Source of the DNA: Phycisphaerales bacterium
GTDB lineage: Bacteria; Planctomycetota; Phycisphaerae; Phycisphaerales; UBA1924
Assembly: GCA_965250055.1 (NCBI GenBank)
Contig: OZ252285.1
Location: 2,599,767-2,663,766 of the forward strand
Length of the DNA stretch: 64,000 nt
Direction of reading: 5' to 3'
This document shows positions 59,746 through 64,000 of this stretch, piece by piece (within the stretch, counting starts at the first letter, position 1; every line of letters starts with the position of its first letter). The translations under genes and the position numbers were made by a program. Under the pieces are notes generated by a model. It worked only from the letters and a program-made list of their open reading frames with translations, made no database searches and had not been told where the DNA came from.

Positions 59746-61005
59746 ATGCATGAGCGGGATCGGATCGGTGATCGGATTCATTTGGTCTTCGCGTGCATCG
59801 CGATGCTGGGACTTGCGGGACCAGTGAGTGCGGTGGATATCGCCGTGCTGCCGTTGGTGGTGTTCTTTTTCGTGCGTGTGCTCAACACCTTTCCGGTCTG
59901 GATTCATGGGTTTGGTCAGCCCGTGGTGCTGGTCGGACTCATGCTCGCGGCGTGGATGGGACTGAGTCTGCTCTGGTCTCCCGATCCAGCGGCGGGAGCG
60001 GAACACATCAGCGAACTCCGCTGGCTCGCGTTCATCGGATTCGCGTTCCCAGTGATCGAGCATCGGAAGGTATTGATCGCGTGCTTGTGTATCGGGTTTT
60101 TGGTGGGCAACGCGGTGCAGGTGGTTGATGCGTTCGATGGTTTTGGGAACGCGTGGATCGCGGCACGCATGGACCACTATCCGAATCGGATGTCGGGATG
60201 GTGGGAGCCGGCGGTTGGGGGATCGGTCTTGGTCGCGGCGCTGGGATTGCATCTCCCCGCCGCGATCATGGGAAGCGGGAAAGGACGCGTGATCGGTTTA
60301 GCAGGTTCGGTGGTGACCATCGGCGCGATCCTCGCGACAGGCACGCGCGGCGCCTGGATCGCTGGGGCGCTGCTGGTTTTGTGTGCTGTGGTCATCGCGT
60401 GGAAGGTCAATCGACTCAGAGCGCGCACGCTGCTGATCGGGGGGGTGGCGGTCTTGAGTGGCGTGATCGTGATGGGCGCGATCAAAGGCGACGCGATTGC
60501 GGAACGAGTGAGCAACGCGCAAGAAGAGATCACGCTCGCGATGGAGGGTCAGTACAACACCTCGACCGGCGCTCGGATCTCGATGGGCACGCAAGCGATC
60601 AAGATCGGCGCTCAGCATCCCATCGGAGGACTCGGAGCGGGAGGGTTCCGCTCCTGGATGCAGGAGCACACAGACAAACGCGTTGACGATCAGGCGCACG
60701 CGCACTGCTCGGCGCTGCGATTGTTCTCTGAGCAGGGAATCCCGGGTGTGCTGCTCGGGTTGCTCCTCGCGGCTGTAATCCTGACCAACGCGTGGAGGTC
60801 TGTCCCGAGCGATCAGCGCGGGACGTACCTGATGGGGCCGTTCTTTGGGGTGCTTGGACTGGTGCTCGTCAGCGCGTTTGATTCGATCCTGCTCAATGTC
60901 AACACCGCCGCGATTCTGGGGGCTCTGGCGATGCTTTCGCCGGCGTATTACCCAGGAATGCATCGTGATGGAGCGGAACAGGGGCAGACGGAAGTTCCGA
61001 CCTAG
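59746..61005 (+). CDS. O-antigen ligase (Wzy_C/RfaL-like) family membrane protein
   Basis: Multi-TM protein. ATGTRGAWIAGALLVL and HAHCSALRLFSEQGIPG motifs. Start uncertain: the track gives TTG at 59596 and I prefer ATG at 59746. Confidence 0.75.
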   Translation: MHERDRIGDRIHLVFACIAMLGLAGPVSAVDIAVLPLVVFFFVRVLNTFPVWIHGFGQPVVLVGLMLAAWMGLSLLWSPDPAAGAEHISELRWLAFIGFAFPVIEHRKVLIACLCIGFLVGNAVQVVDAFDGFGNAWIAARMDHYPNRMSGWWEPAVGGSVLVAALGLHLPAAIMGSGKGRVIGLAGSVVTIGAILATGTRGAWIAGALLVLCAVVIAWKVNRLRARTLLIGGVAVLSGVIVMGAIKGDAIAERVSNAQEEITLAMEGQYNTSTGARISMGTQAIKIGAQHPIGGLGAGGFRSWMQEHTDKRVDDQAHAHCSALRLFSEQGIPGVLLGLLLAAVILTNAWRSVPSDQRGTYLMGPFFGVLGLVLVSAFDSILLNVNTAAILGALAMLSPAYYPGMHRDGAEQGQTEVPT

Positions 61006-61047
61006 AATCTGCACGGGACAATATCTCAGAGGGTTGAAGTACTTTCC

Positions 61048-62439
61048 ATGTCGTTGAATGAGCACCAGCCGATGAGCGGCGTAGGGGAAGCCCTGCTGAG
61101 CAAGATCCGCGACCGATCCGCACGCGTCGGGATCGTCGGACTGGGGTATGTCGGTCTCCCATTGGTCCAAGCGGTCCACGACGCGGGATACGAGGTCATC
61201 GGGTTCGATGTCGATGACACCAAGGTCCAGAAACTCAAGCGCGGCGAGTCCTACCTCAAACACCTCGGCGATGTCCTCACCCAAACCCTTGCGGCATCGG
61301 ACCGCTTCGTAGCAAGCAGCGACGAATCGGTTCTGGCGCATGCGGACGTCGTGATCCTGTGTGTCCCGACCCCGATCACGAAACAGCGCGAGCCGGACCT
61401 GCGCTATGTGCTTGGGAGCGGACAATCGATCGGACGCGTCCTGCGCGCCGGACAGCTGGTGATCCTGGAGTCCACGACCTATCCCGGCACCACGCGCGAT
61501 CTGCTCGTCCCGGTGCTTCAGCAAGGAGCGCTGGAGCGGGGTCTGGGGCTACAGCCGGGGGAAGACTTCTTTGTTGGATACTCTCCTGAGCGCGAGGATC
61601 CCGGCAGAGCGGGGATGGTGACCTCGAAGATCCCCAAGATCGTCGGAGGGGTTGATCCGATCTCCGGAATGCTCTCGATTGAGTTTTATAAATCCTGCAT
61701 CGACCACGTGCATCCCGTCAGCAGCGCCGAGGTGGGTGAGGCGTCCAAGCTGCTCGAGAACGTGTACCGCGCGGTGAACATCGCGCTGGTCAACGAGCTC
61801 AAGGTGGTCTTTGAGCGGATGGGGATCGATATCTGGGAGGTGATCGAAGCCGCGAAGACCAAGCCGTTTGGTTTTCAGGCGTTCTATCCCGGTCCAGGAC
61901 TGGGGGGACACTGCATCCCGATCGATCCGTACTACCTCTCGTGGAAAGCTCGGCAGGTGGGGCATGAGACACGGTTTATTGAGCTTGCGGGAGAGATCAA
62001 TCGCGTGATGCCGCGCTTGGTGGTCAATCACGCGCTCGAGGGGTTGCGTGACGAGGGCAAGGAACTCCGCGGCGCGATGGTCATGGTGATCGGGGTGGCA
62101 TACAAGCCGGATGTCGATGACATCCGTGAGTCTCCCGCGGCGGAGATCATCAAACAACTGCTGATGCGCGGAGCGCGCGTCAAGTACCACGATCCGCACA
62201 TCCCGTCGTTTCCGTCGATGCGTCATTACGACATCAAGCTCGATTCGGTCCCGCTCGATGAGCGCGAGCTCGCGTCGTCGGATTGCGTGATGATCGTGAC
62301 GGACCACACGCGGATCGACTGGGACCTGATCGGTCGCTGCGCGTCGCTAATCGTGGATTCGCGCAACGCGATGGATCGTTACCGGAGCAAGCACAAAGAA
62401 AACGCGGACGCTTGGAGCGCCCGCGTGATCAAAGCGTGA
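61048..62439 (+). CDS. Nucleotide-sugar dehydrogenase (UDP-N-acetyl-hexosamine 6-dehydrogenase-like)
   Basis: Rossmann fold VGIVGLGYVGLP, catalytic GGHCIPIDP and C-terminal AYKPDVDDIRESP. Confidence 0.88.
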   Translation: MSLNEHQPMSGVGEALLSKIRDRSARVGIVGLGYVGLPLVQAVHDAGYEVIGFDVDDTKVQKLKRGESYLKHLGDVLTQTLAASDRFVASSDESVLAHADVVILCVPTPITKQREPDLRYVLGSGQSIGRVLRAGQLVILESTTYPGTTRDLLVPVLQQGALERGLGLQPGEDFFVGYSPEREDPGRAGMVTSKIPKIVGGVDPISGMLSIEFYKSCIDHVHPVSSAEVGEASKLLENVYRAVNIALVNELKVVFERMGIDIWEVIEAAKTKPFGFQAFYPGPGLGGHCIPIDPYYLSWKARQVGHETRFIELAGEINRVMPRLVVNHALEGLRDEGKELRGAMVMVIGVAYKPDVDDIRESPAAEIIKQLLMRGARVKYHDPHIPSFPSMRHYDIKLDSVPLDERELASSDCVMIVTDHTRIDWDLIGRCASLIVDSRNAMDRYRSKHKENADAWSARVIKA

Positions 62440-62452
62440 ATGTGATTCGTGA

Positions 62453-63265
62453 TTAGCCGTCCACGAGTTCTTTGATGTCTTCAGGGAGCGCGAGTTCCTC
62501 GTCGCTGATCTCGCCGTTGACTGTGATCTCTGTGAACTCCATGACCTGCTGGATCGGTCCGGAGTTGGAGATGGTCTTGAACGGCATCATGATGCCGTCC
62601 ACCTCGCGGTAATCCATGGTGTAGGTGGTCGATGGGATCGGAGCGCCACCAGGACCGACGGCCGTGGTTTCAGTCTTGACCACGTATCCGGTCTCGGCGC
62701 TGTACCAACGTGTGGAAGTCTCGCCGTCGTCGATGTCAACGAGTTCCAGTGCATGGGCTTTGACTTCGCTGTCGTCTGGGAGGGTGACGGTTTCTTCACC
62801 CTTGTAGCTGATGCTCGAGTAGTACTGGTCCCAGTGAAGGTCTGCGTAGAGGTCCATCTCGCGGAGCATCTGATCTGCTTCTTCGCCTTCGAGGACGCGC
62901 GGGCCGTTCATCATGTCGTTGGACCACGCGACGTCTCCGGAGACTCCGGATTGGAACTCACCGAGTCCTGGGAGCTCGACGATCGCGAGGAAGCCGCGGT
63001 TTGGAGCGATCAGGATATTCATGTTCGCGGTGATCATCTGCGCTGGGATGCTCATGGTTCCCGCGAGACGAACGGACTGGACCCACTCGTCCTCCGCGTT
63101 CTCGCTCATGGTGACCTCGATCGAGCGGTCCCAGATCTTCTTGGCCTTCGCGTCCATCGTTGGCTTCGCGGTCATCTCCGCTTTGGTTTCGTCCGGACCA
63201 GCGATGGTGGTCATCGTCATGGTCATCGCGAGCATCGCGATCTTCAGGGTCTTGGAATCTTTCAT
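62453..63265 (-). CDS. Hypothetical secreted protein
   Basis: Start at MKDSKTLKIAMLAMTMTMTTIAG (signal-like). Beta-rich. A LolA/outer-membrane-lipoprotein-sorting-like fold is possible but not supported by any motif. Confidence 0.55.
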   Translation of the reverse strand: MKDSKTLKIAMLAMTMTMTTIAGPDETKAEMTAKPTMDAKAKKIWDRSIEVTMSENAEDEWVQSVRLAGTMSIPAQMITANMNILIAPNRGFLAIVELPGLGEFQSGVSGDVAWSNDMMNGPRVLEGEEADQMLREMDLYADLHWDQYYSSISYKGEETVTLPDDSEVKAHALELVDIDDGETSTRWYSAETGYVVKTETTAVGPGGAPIPSTTYTMDYREVDGIMMPFKTISNSGPIQQVMEFTEITVNGEISDEELALPEDIKELVDG

Positions 63266-63329
63266 GGTGTGTACTCCTCGGCGAGTGTGGTATTTCGGGT
63301 TAAAGACCGACGCGATTCGCGCGATCGGT

Positions 63330-64000
63330 TTAGTCATTATTTACGATCCAAGCTTCCGCGGCTTCGAGCACCTCGTCGTGCCCGTTGAGCAGCGCCTGGC
63401 GCGTGTACTGGATCTCGTGATCGGGAATCGCGCCCTGTCCTTCGAGGGTGTAACCCCCTCCGGTGGTGTAGGAAGCGAACGCGTACTGGAAGCCGTCGCC
63501 GTTGGGGAGGCGCTCGACCGTCGATGGGAGGACCAGACCAGCGGTGCGCTGTCCGAAGACCTCGGCGCGACCGATGTCCTTGAGTCCCGCCGCGAGGATC
63601 TCCGCGTTTGAGATGCTCAGCTCATCAGTGAGCACAGCGACCTTCCCTTGGTAGCTGTTCTTGCGCGGATTGAGCATGAGCGGGATATCGAAGGGACCGC
63701 GAGCGGGATCGCGCATTTTCATCGTCCCCATGGTCAGTCCCTTCTCGGAGACGAGCCAGTTGATCATGCCGGGCGCCATGAGGATGATGCCCCCGAAGTT
63801 GCCACGCATGTCGATGATGATCCCTGGAGCGTCCATGTGTTCCTTGACGAACTTCTGATACGCCGGGAGCACCTTTCCTGGATTCATGAACATGTTGAGA
63901 CGGAAGTATCCCACGCCGTTGCTGAGTGTGGTTGCTTCGTACTCGATCGGGCGTTCAGGAAGCGCTCCGATGCCGGCCATTTCGCCTGGTGCTTTGTCGA
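63330..64000 (-). CDS. S41-family (C-terminal processing/tricorn-core-like) serine peptidase, 5' end outside the window
   Basis: GIIIDMRGNFGGI and DELSISNAEILAAGLKD motifs. The frame stays open to the window edge. Confidence 0.8.
   Translation of the reverse strand, partial: DKAPGEMAGIGALPERPIEYEATTLSNGVGYFRLNMFMNPGKVLPAYQKFVKEHMDAPGIIIDMRGNFGGIILMAPGMINWLVSEKGLTMGTMKMRDPARGPFDIPLMLNPRKNSYQGKVAVLTDELSISNAEILAAGLKDIGRAEVFGQRTAGLVLPSTVERLPNGDGFQYAFASYTTGGGYTLEGQGAIPDHEIQYTRQALLNGHDEVLEAAEAWIVNND

Noticed and set aside
1-64000. A scan for CRISPR arrays, rRNA, IS elements or inverted repeats, prophage genes, toxin-antitoxin pairs and known defence-system signatures.
   Set aside because: There are no regularly spaced short direct repeats. 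I saw no transposase, integrase or recombinase motifs, no recognisable restriction, Cas, Abi or nuclease-NTPase defence architectures, and no rRNA-like segments.

Overview
This is a gene-dense, high-G+C (about 60% by eye) bacterial chromosomal segment. It holds about 52 supportable CDS, one tRNA-Leu(UAG) and several intrinsic terminators. I saw no rRNA, CRISPR, transposase, integrase or phage genes. The gene content suggests a PVC/Planctomycetota (Phycisphaerae-like) genome, by inference only: an HDOD-kinase, an ECF sigma factor, a YWTD propeller with Ig domain, a choice-of-anchor-B/LVIVD protein, giant Asn/Thr/Gly-rich beta-helix proteins and a Lys-tailed TopA. The housekeeping backbone includes der, metG, plsY, tmk, upp, nhaA, astB, topA, uvrC, a ClC channel, NfeD/flotillin, an O-antigen-ligase-like gene and a UDP-sugar dehydrogenase. 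LEAD FINDING: seven Sec-secreted proteins lie between 18.5 and 39.6 kb, all on the minus strand, with unrelated payloads. The payloads are a glycosidase-like TIM barrel, a YWTD propeller with Ig domain, two giant 180-aa-periodic beta-helix proteins, a choice-of-anchor-B/LVIVD protein, an unknown Cys-containing domain and a reprolysin-type metalloprotease. All seven end in the same Cys-bracketed module: two EF-hand/dockerin-like repeats (D-x-N/D-x-D/E-G-x-L/F-N-F-L-D-V/I-S-x-F/Y-L) finishing exactly in Cys-Pro-COOH. This looks like a cohesin/dockerin-type or C-terminal-sorting surface-display system, and no partner is recognisable in this window. Secondary findings are: an NhaA with a roughly 125-aa His/Asp-rich insertion in its periplasmic hairpin; a TopA with an N-terminal poly-Lys tail; a pseudo-receiver (Asp to Glu)-GAF protein in an HTH-REC/HDOD-kinase operon; two low-G+C orphan ORFs translationally coupled to core genes; an ECF sigma/anti-sigma locus followed by a secreted protein coupled to a GAF-PP2C phosphatase; and G-run clusters. 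All functional calls come from reading motifs by eye; no database search was run.
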